This document shows positions 1-9,998 of a DNA stretch of 64,000 nt, piece by piece; the first letter of the stretch is position 1; every line of letters begins with the position of its first letter. A program made the position numbers and the translations under genes. The notes beneath the pieces were generated by a model. It was not told the origin of the DNA. It saw nothing but the letters and a program-made list of their open reading frames with translations, and did no database searches. Origin of the DNA: a virus; IMG/VR virus record IMGVR_UViG_3300032307_000646, positions 9,369-73,368 of that record. One strand, written 5' to 3'.

Positions 1-7
1 TGCCATA

Positions 8-184
8 TTATTTGTTATTGATTATTTTGTTCCATTCAAAAATTGCGATAGCGGGTGTGAATATACCACCATCATATTGATAGTAATAATCCTTTGGGTT
101 CAGGTTCTTGTCAAGCAAACGAGTGATGTCGTGCTTCTCATTCTTAACGAAATCCCAATCCTTTAATCGCTTCGGTTTTTTCAT
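8..184 (-). CDS. hypothetical early protein, 58 aa (not in ORF track)
   Basis: Hand-translated MKKPKRLKDWDFVKNEKH...; ATG is 4 nt after a TATCTTTG box. Confidence 0.7.
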   Translation of the reverse strand: MKKPKRLKDWDFVKNEKHDITRLLDKNLNPKDYYYQYDGGIFTPAIAIFEWNKIINNK

Positions 185-257
185 AGTACAAAGATAAGTA
201 TAAAAAAGTTTCCCACCAAATTTATTTTTGAATGCAAAAAGAATTTGCTAATTGAAT

Positions 258-569
258 TTAATCACAAATGTATTCTTCGTATTCATCTTCCCACGCTTCA
301 GGTGTAATCAGGTAGCCCAAACGATTGACGAAGTGAAAGCCCGCGATGATGATTAACTCACCATCCTCGTTGTCCACGATTGTCCAGATGTTCTTGTTAA
401 GTTTCTGTTTAACATACTCAACCTCTTTACCAAAGGTTTCGTACATACAGCCGCCGAATGAACACATATCTTCAGGTGATAGTCCATCTTTCAGGGTTGG
501 TAAAAGTACCTGATTAAATTCAGGGTTATACTTTTCGTAGAAGTTGTCTATTGTCATTTGCTTTTCCAT
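258..569 (-). CDS. hypothetical early protein
   Basis: 103-aa ORF with its own promoter at 574-604. Confidence 0.8.
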   Translation of the reverse strand: MEKQMTIDNFYEKYNPEFNQVLLPTLKDGLSPEDMCSFGGCMYETFGKEVEYVKQKLNKNIWTIVDNEDGELIIIAGFHFVNRLGYLITPEAWEDEYEEYICD

Positions 570-593
570 AATCCAAATGTAAGTATAAAAAAG

Positions 594-788
594 TTACCCC
601 GCAAGTTTTTCTACAAAATAATTACTTTTGTTTATTCTCTCTAGCGCGTAGATGAATTGTTCCTCACTGGCGTTCTCGTCTAACGCCACCTGTAATTTAT
701 TCACGTCCCCGATCGTTAGGTCTAGGTGGTGCAGGTCAAACTTGTTGACCATATCATATACTTTTTGAACAGTTATCTTACTACGCAT
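594..788 (-). CDS. hypothetical early protein
   Basis: 64-aa ORF overlapping the stop of the upstream gene. Confidence 0.65.
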   Translation of the reverse strand: MRSKITVQKVYDMVNKFDLHHLDLTIGDVNKLQVALDENASEEQFIYALERINKSNYFVEKLAG

Positions 789-1248
789 TTGGGTTCAGTT
801 TAAATTCTAGGATATACTTTGATTGAAACACACCCTTGCAGCATGTACCACAAGCGGATGTTCTAGTTGGTTTGCGGTGTCTTTTATGTGTACGACCACA
901 GCCATTGCATACAGCAACATACTTTGACTCGGGGGTAACTGTATTCTCTGATGTATAGCAACGCTTTCCATCACAGCCAATCTCTAGTGCCTTTGAACGC
1001 CACACCCAATCGTGTCCATGTCCACCACCAACAAGCGCGTGGGCAATCTCGTGTAGTATTGTATTCTTAACCCTTGCTTCATCGTTGATTGATACCAACG
1101 CCTTTGACAAGGATATCTTACGATACCTATGATTACAGCAACCAAACCTACGCTTTGCGTTATCAAACTCAAAACGCCATCCCTTTGAGGTGAGGTCGTG
1201 CTTGCTCATTAAAATCTTTGCTAGTTCTTGTGCTCTGTTTAAATCCAT
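781..1248 (-). CDS. SprT-like zinc metalloprotease
   Basis: HEIAH (HExxH), downstream HGH, C-terminal CxxC...CxxC zinc ribbon. Confidence 0.85.
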   Translation of the reverse strand: MDLNRAQELAKILMSKHDLTSKGWRFEFDNAKRRFGCCNHRYRKISLSKALVSINDEARVKNTILHEIAHALVGGGHGHDWVWRSKALEIGCDGKRCYTSENTVTPESKYVAVCNGCGRTHKRHRKPTRTSACGTCCKGVFQSKYILEFKLNPNA

Positions 1249-1318
1249 GTCTAATTGTTTTGTTATGCAATATTAAACATAAAAAAGTTCTCGTGCAAAT
1301 TTATTTACACTTTTTTGC

Positions 1319-1350
1319 AAAAAAAAATGGGGAACCTTTCGGAACCCCAT
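1319..1350 (-). terminator. intrinsic terminator
   Basis: Minus strand ATGGGGTTCCGAAAGGTTCCCCAT followed by a T-run. Confidence 0.75.
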
Positions 1351-1373
1351 CTTAATAACGTAACAGTTACCTA

Positions 1374-1523
1374 TTACTTTGCAGTATCCGCAGATACTGT
1401 ATCAACAACACAGGTATCAGATACCATAGTGGTATCAGTTGTAACCGTAGTTGTTTCGGTCGTGGTTTCGGTTGAGCAAGAAGCCATCATGACTACTAAG
1501 CCCAGGATAAGAAGTTTTTTCAT
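1374..1523 (-). CDS. small Thr-rich lipoprotein, 49 aa (not in ORF track)
   Basis: MKKLLILGLVVMMASC-STETTTETTT...; lipobox-like Cys; ATG 4 nt after TACTTTTG. Confidence 0.75.
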   Translation of the reverse strand: MKKLLILGLVVMMASCSTETTTETTTVTTDTTMVSDTCVVDTVSADTAK

Positions 1524-1651
1524 GCTACAAAAGTAAGCATGCATCCTAGTATTGTCAAGGGGTTCAGAAAAAAAATTAAAAAAACTTTGTAAAAAAGTTG
1601 CGTGGTAAATTCTTTTACATTATCTTTACACCATAATCAAAAACCACTTAT

Positions 1652-1999
1652 ATGACAAAAGAACAAGTTATTAGCAAGGTGAATGAATCGGCGGGTTCAT
1701 TGTTCACCAAGGAAGATGTAATCAGATTGATTGAGAGCATCGAAGGTACAACCAAAATCGACTTTGAGGAGTTGGCGAACCGCCTTGAGTCAATCGTTGA
1801 TGATGCCGACAACGATGGGATTGAAGTTAATTCAAGACGATGTGAGTTCAGCATCTGCAACGGGAATGAAATCGAGATTGAGGACGTTCACTTTGAAACC
1901 GAAGAGTGGAAGAGCAATATCAACCACGATATCCGTCAGTTGATTGAGGCCACCGAAAGAGGAGAGGCTTGTCAGTTAGAAGAGGAGACCGCGGAATAA
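1652..1999 (+). CDS. acidic hypothetical early protein
   Basis: 115-aa ORF between a promoter and a terminator. Confidence 0.8.
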   Translation: MTKEQVISKVNESAGSLFTKEDVIRLIESIEGTTKIDFEELANRLESIVDDADNDGIEVNSRRCEFSICNGNEIEIEDVHFETEEWKSNINHDIRQLIEATERGEACQLEEETAE

Positions 2000-2005
2000 T
2001 TAATC

Positions 2006-2032
2006 GGGGGAAAGAAATTTCCCCCTTTTTTT
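2006..2032 (+). terminator. intrinsic terminator (similar ones near 4477, 6413, 6841, 7828, 9145, 9923, 12462, 13549, 14197, 15545, 16400, 16883, 17245, 18199)
   Basis: GGGGGAAA-GAAA-TTTCCCCC followed by T7; most others are GC stems, often with GAAA loops, plus T-runs. Confidence 0.85.
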
Positions 2033-2092
2033 ATAAAATAATTTGGTCAGTAACTTTTTTACACTTATATTTGTATCATAAATCAATTAGAC

Positions 2093-2608
2093 ATGAGAAA
2101 TTTATTTACAGAAGAAGAGTTATCAATTAACATAGCTCGCAGACAAGAAAACAAAATCGCTTTGACGATCAGTTCGGACTATTCGGGTTCAAGCCGTAAG
2201 AGTGAACTATATGTCAACGAGGAAAGATTGGCAACCATGTTGGAATCTTTTTGGAAGGGTATCAAAACCAAGAAACTATTGTTGGCGAATGTATCGTTCA
2301 GCGAGATTGATTGGTACGATGATATGTGCGATGTGTATGAGACACCAAGCATTACCATTAAGAGAGGTTTGAAGAAGGCGAAGGTAAGCCACCAAGAGCA
2401 TGGTTCAATACCAAAGGATTGGTCGGTTGACTTGTTTTGTGTATTCGCAGACACCACAACCAATACACCAATACTTGAAGTGGTTAAGAGCGCGTTGGGT
2501 GGTTTCTTTGATGCGGAGTTTGAAAAGAAGTTTATTAAGGAACTTAAACCATTCTTGCAGAAGAAGGAGAATTACATTAATGTTCATTCAGCGAAATACC
2601 AATACTAA
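2093..2608 (+). CDS. hypothetical early protein
   Basis: 171-aa ORF after a promoter. Confidence 0.8.
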   Translation: MRNLFTEEELSINIARRQENKIALTISSDYSGSSRKSELYVNEERLATMLESFWKGIKTKKLLLANVSFSEIDWYDDMCDVYETPSITIKRGLKKAKVSHQEHGSIPKDWSVDLFCVFADTTTNTPILEVVKSALGGFFDAEFEKKFIKELKPFLQKKENYINVHSAKYQY

Positions 2609-2609
2609 T

Positions 2610-2840
2610 ATGGCAAGGTTTATATTAGATGTGGCAAACTTAGATTCCAAAGGTATTGCAGAGGTATTAGATGTGATTGAGAGAGACCCCTTTTTAGCTA
2701 AAGGGGTCACCTCTATCCGATGTATTGACGAGACCAATAATAACCAATTCTATTCTTGGGACACTGGCACCACACCAATGATGAACGCTTTGAGTGAGAA
2801 GCAAATTGAGGAAGATAAAAAAGTTCTTTCAAAATATTAA
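2610..2840 (+). CDS. hypothetical early protein (start revised to MARFILDV)
   Basis: ATG immediately after the previous stop codon. Confidence 0.7.
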   Translation: MARFILDVANLDSKGIAEVLDVIERDPFLAKGVTSIRCIDETNNNQFYSWDTGTTPMMNALSEKQIEEDKKVLSKY

Positions 2841-2882
2841 AATAAATTTGGTTGGTAAAGTTTTTTATATTACATTTGTATT

Positions 2883-3128
2883 ATGGAACAAACAAAGTTA
2901 AAGTATACGGAGCAAATCAAAGACATTTTGGTTGCCATGGCAATGGACGATACCTTGCCATTAGATATGACCACACTCGATTCAAGTGTATTCGACAAGG
3001 TTGTTGAACCATTGATAAGTGCATTGAATACTTTGCGTGAGGACGCGGAAATGGCATTGAATGGAGAATGGGATAGAACGGACGGGGGTTTTGAAGCACA
3101 AATCATTTTAATTGACGATGTACTATGA
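2883..3128 (+). CDS. hypothetical early protein, probably leaderless
   Basis: ATG 4 nt after the -7 box. Confidence 0.75.
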   Translation: MEQTKLKYTEQIKDILVAMAMDDTLPLDMTTLDSSVFDKVVEPLISALNTLREDAEMALNGEWDRTDGGFEAQIILIDDVL

Positions 3129-3373
3129 GTAAGGCAATGTTCTATCAAGCGTGTTTAGTACCTATTGAGGGTGATGTTATTAAGCATGTTTACCCACACC
3201 TTAAGGAAGGTCAGATGACTTTGGAAGAAAGATTACCCAATGACGCGTTGTGTCCCGAGTGTGATGATTCCAGGAGAGAGTGGTATCTTTTACCCATGGA
3301 GAGTATCCAGGTGAAGGAAGGTGGTAAACCTTATTGTGAATGTATGAATTGTGGATACACCACACATTTATAA
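3125..3373 (+). CDS. small zinc-finger protein
   Basis: CPEC...CMNC; ATGA overlap with the upstream gene. Confidence 0.7.
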   Translation: MSKAMFYQACLVPIEGDVIKHVYPHLKEGQMTLEERLPNDALCPECDDSRREWYLLPMESIQVKEGGKPYCECMNCGYTTHL

Positions 3374-3414
3374 AAAAATTTGGTCAGTAACTTTTTTATG
3401 TTTACATTTGTAAT

Positions 3415-3714
3415 ATGAATAAAGCGACATTAGATTATTGGCACCCAAGAAACGAAACGGTTGTAACTGAAAGCGGTTTTCGTTACCTTGATAGAAATTC
3501 GGTCATCACCATAACAAAAGATATTGAAGACGAGACCGAGATAGGATTGTTTGAGCAGTTCTACAAACTTAATAATAGTTTGCGGTATTGCAATGGCTCA
3601 TACTATACGTTCCAAGATAAACAATGGGATAAAAAGTATAAAGAGTGGTTGCAGTCGGATGACTACAAAAAGAAAAGTTTTAATCTTTACTACGGAAACG
3701 GAGTTGTTGATTAA
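3415..3714 (+). CDS. hypothetical early protein, probably leaderless
   Basis: ATG 4 nt after the -7 box. Confidence 0.75.
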   Translation: MNKATLDYWHPRNETVVTESGFRYLDRNSVITITKDIEDETEIGLFEQFYKLNNSLRYCNGSYYTFQDKQWDKKYKEWLQSDDYKKKSFNLYYGNGVVD

Positions 3715-3754
3715 AAAATTTGGTCAGTAAACTTTTTTACATTACATTTGTATT

Positions 3755-3973
3755 ATGGTAACGGTCTATTACAAAAACGAGAAAGGTGAAAACAAGATTG
3801 TACTTGTGAGAACCTATAAAGAAGTTAAGCGTAGAATGAATGCTTTCATGCTCAATAGTTTTGATGAGAATGTAAGTGTGTTCAGACGCAGACGCGGACA
3901 ATGGGGTGAGTGGTACGAGAATTGGGCAAAGGTAGGTAGTAAGTGTCAAATCATTAAAGAAGGGTGGCAATGA
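3755..3973 (+). CDS. hypothetical early protein, probably leaderless
   Basis: ATG 4 nt after the -7 box. Confidence 0.75.
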   Translation: MVTVYYKNEKGENKIVLVRTYKEVKRRMNAFMLNSFDENVSVFRRRRGQWGEWYENWAKVGSKCQIIKEGWQ

Positions 3974-4134
3974 TAAACATTTGGGTAGACAATAACACAG
4001 GGATCATTTACGAAGGTGATGATGCAATGGTAGAGTTCTTACGCTCACAAGGTGATAAGACATACAACGATGCCAGTGATGAGTATTTAATTAACGAAGC
4101 ACATACGCAAGGTTGGATAAAACTTTTAGAATAA
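3970..4134 (+). CDS. hypothetical protein, 54 aa (not in ORF track)
   Basis: MINIWVDNNTG...; ATGA overlap; fills the gap before the next promoter. Confidence 0.65.
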   Translation: MINIWVDNNTGIIYEGDDAMVEFLRSQGDKTYNDASDEYLINEAHTQGWIKLLE

Positions 4135-4186
4135 TTTGCACAAGAACTTTTTTATACTTATCTTTGTAATCTAAATAAATAAACAA

Positions 4187-4453
4187 ATGGACAAGTTCAA
4201 AAACAAAAAAACCTTGTTGGTTGGTGAGGGTATCAATCAACACACATTGTATGGCGACTTTATGGTTGCCGACACAATCAATGACTTTGCCGAAGTAAAG
4301 GTAAAGGACACAAGTTTCTTAAAGCACGAACAACCGAATGGTGCTTGGAGTAACGAACACAAGACCTTACAAGTTGAGAAAGGTGATTGGGTAATGGGTA
4401 AACAAGTTGAGTACAACCCATTCAATCAGCAAGTATCACGAGTTTGGGATTGA
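4187..4453 (+). CDS. conserved phage protein (GE..H / HE..H / Q.EY.P pattern)
   Basis: LLVGEGINQH...LKHEQ...HKTL...KQVEYNPF; pattern recalled from small proteins neighbouring DUF6745-like genes. Confidence 0.65.
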   Translation: MDKFKNKKTLLVGEGINQHTLYGDFMVADTINDFAEVKVKDTSFLKHEQPNGAWSNEHKTLQVEKGDWVMGKQVEYNPFNQQVSRVWD

Positions 4454-4569
4454 GTATTTTGTTTAATTGTTGAGAAGTGGGGAAAGAAATTTCCCCATTT
4501 TTTTTGTAAAAAAGTTTGGTGGGTAATTTTTTTATACTTACATTTGTATTAACATTAAACAAAAACAAA

Positions 4570-4965
4570 ATGGCAAATCCAGAAATTCATTCAAAAAGTT
4601 CAGTTAAGCGTTGGGGTGGTAAGATAGAAGATTATATCGCAATCCACGAACTGATTGATAGCCCAAAGGCTACTATGAACAACAATTCATCACGAGCATT
4701 AACCCACAACACTTGGTTTGCTTACACAATCATTCCAAAGATATTTGGGTACAACATTATCAATTCAAGTGGTAAGAGTGTGGACACTATTGATATTGCT
4801 ATGTTGCATATCGCAGAGGACTTTCGTATGAAGTTTGTCCCGACACCACAAGATTATCTTAAACACTTGCAAGTTCAACCTTGGTTTAACAATGGGGTAA
4901 AGGATATTGAGAACCCCGAAGCCACAAAGGTAGCAGAAGAATTATTAGAAAGAATTAGAGAATAA
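4570..4965 (+). CDS. DUF6915-like protein (start revised to MANPEIH)
   Basis: HSKSSVKRWGGKIEDYIAIHELID...H.AED pattern; family recalled, not searched. Confidence 0.65.
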   Translation: MANPEIHSKSSVKRWGGKIEDYIAIHELIDSPKATMNNNSSRALTHNTWFAYTIIPKIFGYNIINSSGKSVDTIDIAMLHIAEDFRMKFVPTPQDYLKHLQVQPWFNNGVKDIENPEATKVAEELLERIRE

Positions 4966-5017
4966 TTTGCACAAGAACTTTTTTATACTTATCTTTGAAA
5001 CATAATCAATAAACAAA

Positions 5018-5671
5018 ATGGAAAGCGTAGAAAAAATTATCCAACTTTGGAACGAATTAGAAATCACCCACATTGACTTTGAGTTTACTTGTGGTGGTGA
5101 TAGTATGAATGACACAACCCTTAATATCCACAAGGGCGAGGAAATCATTGAGAACGATGTTATCTCAACCTACTTTGACCACGAGGTCTATAACCGAGTA
5201 GAGTTCTATGTAAATTCCGATGGACACTATATGGGTGAGAGTGGGAATGTACTGATTGAACTAAACGATGAGGGTGATGAGTTTAACTATATGAAGTCGG
5301 CTCAATCGGAGTGGTGTGAGAGAATTACAACTGATGTTGAAGTGGAACTTACTGATGAGGAAATTGAGTTCGTTAAGGAGTTCGTTAGGGATATAAATGG
5401 TGGTGATAACGAGAACCCAAACTTTAACTACAAAATGGACTTTATCATTAACCAAAAGCGTAAGGAACTGATTGATAGTATTGGTAGTAAGGTTAGTGAA
5501 GTTTGCGATAATTTCACACCCGAAATTGAGGGTGATGGCGAGGTGAATGATTGGTATTCATACACAACAAACGAAGATGATATTACCGATAGCGAAGTGG
5601 TTATCAAAGGTAATAAAATTATCGTGAGTGTATCAAACGAATACTATGTCTATCAAGATAGTGATGATTAA
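5018..5671 (+). CDS. acidic protein, DUF6878-like
   Basis: F.CGGDS motif and neighbour of a DUF6915-like gene; recalled. Confidence 0.5.
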   Translation: MESVEKIIQLWNELEITHIDFEFTCGGDSMNDTTLNIHKGEEIIENDVISTYFDHEVYNRVEFYVNSDGHYMGESGNVLIELNDEGDEFNYMKSAQSEWCERITTDVEVELTDEEIEFVKEFVRDINGGDNENPNFNYKMDFIINQKRKELIDSIGSKVSEVCDNFTPEIEGDGEVNDWYSYTTNEDDITDSEVVIKGNKIIVSVSNEYYVYQDSDD

Positions 5672-5722
5672 ATTTGGTCGGGAACTTTTTTATACATATC
5701 TTTGAATTAAACAAATAAACAA

Positions 5723-6412
5723 ATGCAGATAGTAATTAACAATGTACCAACCGAATTTAATTTAGGTTGCCGTATGCTCAAAACCAAAGGTGGTGATTGT
5801 CCCTTTGATGAGTTACAAGATTTTTGGGAAGAAATCCAACCCTTAAACTTTAACGAGATAGCACAAATTCCTAACTTGGAACAAAGGCGAATTGCTTTAT
5901 TGTTTCTTGGCTTGGAAAAAATGGTTGCAGAAGTGAAACCAACCTTGGTAAGCACCAAAACAATTAAGAAACAAACCACTTGGATAAACGAGCAAGGTGA
6001 GTTAGTTGAACACAAGTTTGATGATACCTACGAACTTTACAAAGTGAATGGTGAATACTTTAATCAAGGGGTGGATAATTGGCGAAAAATGGGTGATGCC
6101 TATTATGTTCGTTGCAAGGACACAAGCACCGATAGAGAGTATCTTATTTGGGTGGACTTGAATAGTGTATGGAACATTAAATGTGAAAACGATAAAGAAT
6201 TAAATCGTTGGAACTTTGATGCCAAAAAGATTGATGCTATTGATTGTATTGCTTGGACTATTCAAACCAATATCGCACAAGGTGGAATTGAAAAGATTGT
6301 AAGACAAGGTGATTGTATTATGATTAAACCAAAAGCGAAGTACGAAACACTTGGTAGAGAAAGACATTTGAGTAAACAAGAATATCTTAAACTACTTGTA
6401 GCAGAGAGTTAA
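5723..6412 (+). CDS. DUF6745-like protein
   Basis: N.EQRR.A, C.DTST.REYLIWV, AIDCIAWT and RQGD motifs; recalled. Confidence 0.55.
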   Translation: MQIVINNVPTEFNLGCRMLKTKGGDCPFDELQDFWEEIQPLNFNEIAQIPNLEQRRIALLFLGLEKMVAEVKPTLVSTKTIKKQTTWINEQGELVEHKFDDTYELYKVNGEYFNQGVDNWRKMGDAYYVRCKDTSTDREYLIWVDLNSVWNIKCENDKELNRWNFDAKKIDAIDCIAWTIQTNIAQGGIEKIVRQGDCIMIKPKAKYETLGRERHLSKQEYLKLLVAES

Positions 6413-6518
6413 GGGGTGGGGAGAAATCCCCACTTTTTTTTCGCGAATTTTGATCAATTTATTTGCACAAGAACTTTTTTATACTTATCTTTGAAGTATA
6501 ATTAAACAAATAGATATT

Positions 6519-6815
6519 ATGAGTGTAACTACACAAACCCAAGCAAAGGAAGTGGTACAAAATGTAACCGACTACCTAAACTCATTCAGCAACAAGAACA
6601 AAGAGTTTATCGCTGAAATGAATCGCGAACACCGAACTTTACAACAAGGCTTTACCAAACTATGTATTGAGTGGTTGGAGAATTGTGCCAGTGAAGATTA
6701 TAATTTTGACGGCAGGAACGAAGCGAGTCACAATGTATCGAAAGAACTTGTTGAGGGCTTTCGTGATGCCAAAGGAACGATGAGTAACCCGAGCGAGTGG
6801 TTACCTTGTATTTAG
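6519..6815 (+). CDS. conserved phage protein (EHRTLQQ...DGRNEAS)
   Basis: ORF with its own promoter and terminator. Confidence 0.8.
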   Translation: MSVTTQTQAKEVVQNVTDYLNSFSNKNKEFIAEMNREHRTLQQGFTKLCIEWLENCASEDYNFDGRNEASHNVSKELVEGFRDAKGTMSNPSEWLPCI

Positions 6816-6978
6816 GAATCTGTTTTGTTCATACATAAAGAGGGGATGCAGAAATGTATCCCTTTTTTTATGGTCCATAGATCCCTAGTAAAAAAAATCG
6901 AAAAAAAAACTATAGAAAACTTGCACAGTAAACTTTATTACATTACATTTGTACTATAAAACAATTAAATAATTTATT

Positions 6979-7821
6979 ATGAAAAAACCTAATGTATCTA
7001 TCAAGAGTGTGAAAATGGTAAACGGTTTGCCAGAGTTCACTGTAATCATCAGACCTACCACATGGAAAGGTTTACTTTATTGGGGTATCGGACAAACCGA
7101 TGACATTCGTAACCTAACCCACGTTAACGAAGATTTTAAGGGGTTAAACCGAGATGCTGTACAGCCACATAAAGGAGTTGTTGGAAAGGCAATCATGAAA
7201 AATGGTTTTGCGGGTGGTATCGCGGTCGTTATCTACAAAAACAAACTTTATCGTATCGATGGTAATCACCGAGCAGAGTATTTAGGAGACAGCAAATATC
7301 CTATCAGATTTTCTTATCGTTATGTTGAAACTTTTGAAGAGTTGGTGAGCATCATGATTGAGTTTAACGACTCAGCAAAAAATTGGAAACTTGAGCGTTA
7401 CATCAGCACTTACGCATCAACAGGTTCTGAGGCTTACACTTTGGTTCAAAAGTTGAGCAAAGAGCAAGGTATCACACCATCATGCACAGCCGCGTTAATT
7501 GCTAACGTACCAATCGGAACAGCAAAAACGCAAATCAGACGCGGTACTTTGAAATTAAATGGTAGCGAAGATGCCGCAACCGAAAGAGTTACACAAGCAG
7601 CACTATTCTTAGAAGCGTTTGGACAAAAAGACCAAAGGTCAGCAGAAGGTTTTATCCGCTTCATCAGAACTATTCCGTTTGTTGAGTTTATGGCAATATC
7701 CAAAAAGTTGGCAAAGAGAGCGTATAAACTTCGCCACGAGGAGAACTTCTTTATCTCAAAGGGTACAGCAGATGCCAAAGATTTTGATGAGTTGTTCACC
7801 GAAGCGTATAGAACAATCTAA
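6979..7821 (+). CDS. ParB/Srx-like N-terminal domain protein
   Basis: YRIDGNHRA motif. Confidence 0.65.
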   Translation: MKKPNVSIKSVKMVNGLPEFTVIIRPTTWKGLLYWGIGQTDDIRNLTHVNEDFKGLNRDAVQPHKGVVGKAIMKNGFAGGIAVVIYKNKLYRIDGNHRAEYLGDSKYPIRFSYRYVETFEELVSIMIEFNDSAKNWKLERYISTYASTGSEAYTLVQKLSKEQGITPSCTAALIANVPIGTAKTQIRRGTLKLNGSEDAATERVTQAALFLEAFGQKDQRSAEGFIRFIRTIPFVEFMAISKKLAKRAYKLRHEENFFISKGTADAKDFDELFTEAYRTI

Positions 7822-7929
7822 TTGAAGAAAGGGGATGGAAACGTCCCCTTTTTTATTTTAAAGAAATTGATCAATTTACTTGCATGGTAAAGTTTTTTAC
7901 ATTATCTTTGAATTAACAAATTAAACAAG

Positions 7930-8193
7930 ATGAAAGTATTAAACAGAGACGAGATGATGACATGGCTTACTAGCAAAGGAGTTAATGTTATCGGCACCAC
8001 CGAACAATTCTATGGTGAAGGTGAAGGCAAAGGTATATGGGTATCAGGCGAGGATAGTCCCTTGTTCAGTTACTACCGCGAAAGCTGGTACAATTCACAT
8101 GGGGTTGAACCTAAACTGAATGAACAAACCGAAAAGCGTGGTTGGTATTATGAATGGCATGATGCGGGCACAATGATGATTTGGCCAATATAA
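7930..8193 (+). CDS. hypothetical early protein
   Basis: ORF after a promoter. Confidence 0.75.
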   Translation: MKVLNRDEMMTWLTSKGVNVIGTTEQFYGEGEGKGIWVSGEDSPLFSYYRESWYNSHGVEPKLNEQTEKRGWYYEWHDAGTMMIWPI

Positions 8194-8266
8194 AAAAAAC
8201 TTGTAGAAAAGTTTGGTCAGTAATTTTTTTATCATTACATTTGATATAACAATTAAATTAGTAGTT

Positions 8267-8806
8267 ATGAAAAAGAAAAATCTAAATGCTTCGATTTTAA
8301 AATCGAGATATCTTTTGCACCAAACAAAAGATTTACGTCAGTACCGAGTTGCTGATTACAGACCTTTATTCTTTATCTCATTGTTCGTTAACACCATTGT
8401 TCTTTTAAGTGCTTTCAGTTCAGAGCCAAAGGTTGTAACCGAATACAAGACCATTGTAAAGGAGACACTCATAAGTGATAAGGTTGATGATATTGAATTG
8501 AATGATGATGCTATCCTTAAAGAGTTGATAGACCAAGGTTGTGTATTGCCGAATGTTGCACTTGCTCAATTTAAGATTGAGAGCCAACACTTCAAATCAT
8601 CTATTTGCAAGGAGAACAAGAACATCGCTGGTATCAAGACAAGCCGAAGCGAATATGTTGCAGGAAAGAATCGCGAACATTGTGTTTACAAGACCTATCG
8701 TGATTGTATTAAAGATTACATTCGTATTCAGAATCGCTACCTTGAAAACATAGACGGGCGATATGCCGAGGACGGGCAATATGTTGCTTTGGTAAAAAAA
8801 ATGTAG
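8267..8806 (+). CDS. membrane-anchored glucosaminidase (GH73/FlgJ-like) peptidoglycan hydrolase
   Basis: TM segment, then ALAQFKIES...NKNIAGIK...YAED resembling GH73 motifs; start revised to ATG 8267. Confidence 0.7.
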   Translation: MKKKNLNASILKSRYLLHQTKDLRQYRVADYRPLFFISLFVNTIVLLSAFSSEPKVVTEYKTIVKETLISDKVDDIELNDDAILKELIDQGCVLPNVALAQFKIESQHFKSSICKENKNIAGIKTSRSEYVAGKNREHCVYKTYRDCIKDYIRIQNRYLENIDGRYAEDGQYVALVKKM

Positions 8807-8862
8807 AAAAGTTTGGTCGGTAACTTTAATATACATATATTTACAATAACAAATTAAACGTT

Positions 8863-9159
8863 ATGAAAAAGTTAGTATTATTAGTTGCTTTGTCTTTGTC
8901 GGGTTTATCGTATGGACAAGCGTGGGAAAATTCGGGTGCGAACAATACCGTCTACATGGGACAAGACGAGAACAACTACCCAATCTATAAGAATGTCAAT
9001 CCATTCGAATCGTTGGGTTCAAAGATTGCGATGAGTACCCTTGTAAGCGGAATTGGCGCTTTCATTACTTATATCATTGTTGATAGGAGAAAGGAGCGCA
9101 AGGCACAAGAGTTGGAGCAAGAGCAACACCCTTTAATTCAAGAGAACGTGGAGATTTAA
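8863..9159 (+). CDS. signal-peptide plus TM protein
   Basis: MKKLVLL... N-terminus and a second hydrophobic segment. Confidence 0.7.
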   Translation: MKKLVLLVALSLSGLSYGQAWENSGANNTVYMGQDENNYPIYKNVNPFESLGSKIAMSTLVSGIGAFITYIIVDRRKERKAQELEQEQHPLIQENVEI

Positions 9160-9236
9160 TCCACGTTTTTTTTTTGCAAAAAACTTGCATGGTAATTTTA
9201 TTTATATTATCTTTGAAGTAACAAAAACAATTAAAC

Positions 9237-9482
9237 ATGAATATAGTAGATTTTTTACAAGCAAAACCAAAGGTTAGTTACCGCTACGAGGACGGGACAA
9301 CCAAAGAGTGGGAGTTTCGCTGGAGTGGAATGTTCGGACAAGGATATTACCGATTGACCAAGAATGGTCGCAGACACCCGATGAGTTATTTTAGAGTACC
9401 AAGACAAGTGTACAATGACTACATGGACGGCTATTGTAAGTTGGTGGAAGAAAAAAAAGATATAGAAAAATTTGCACAATAA
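9237..9482 (+). CDS. hypothetical early protein
   Basis: ORF after a promoter. Confidence 0.75.
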   Translation: MNIVDFLQAKPKVSYRYEDGTTKEWEFRWSGMFGQGYYRLTKNGRRHPMSYFRVPRQVYNDYMDGYCKLVEEKKDIEKFAQ

Positions 9483-9521
9483 CTTTTTTATACTTATCTT
9501 TGAAGTAACAAAATAAACAAT

Positions 9522-9902
9522 ATGAACAATCCATTTTCAAGACCGCAAGCGGGAGCCTACAAACCATATTTGGTAGAGGCATTAAACAAAGTAGGTAGAA
9601 CCACTGAAGCAGATGAGTTCGCCAAAGGTAATATGAAACTTGCAATCTTGTCAAGTGTTACGGGTGGAGTACGATTATTCCCCGAGTTGAATGAAGTTTG
9701 TGCCAACGCACTTAACGAACTTGACACTATTGATGAGAATGTGCGTTACTACTTTTGGGGTTTGTCCAACGGACAATTCGGAGTGGCTTCAAGCAACGGA
9801 GCATATGTCTATGACCCAACCGATGTGAAAGCAGTTGAGTATGTCAAGACCCAAGTTGAGTTGAGTGATAATGAAATCATCCAACCATTTTTTAGCAATT
9901 GA
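9522..9902 (+). CDS. hypothetical early protein
   Basis: ORF between a promoter and a terminator. Confidence 0.8.
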   Translation: MNNPFSRPQAGAYKPYLVEALNKVGRTTEADEFAKGNMKLAILSSVTGGVRLFPELNEVCANALNELDTIDENVRYYFWGLSNGQFGVASSNGAYVYDPTDVKAVEYVKTQVELSDNEIIQPFFSN

Positions 9903-9998
9903 TTTGTTTTTCATAATTGGAAAGTGGGGGGCGAAAGTTCCCCATTTTTTTTTGTAAAAAAATTTGGTCAGTAAAGTTTTTTATACTATCTTTGAATT

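Noticed and set aside
1255-1536. Plus-strand Val-rich ORF 1255-1536
   Set aside because: It is the antisense shadow of the minus-strand lipoprotein 1374-1523, which has its own promoter and terminator.
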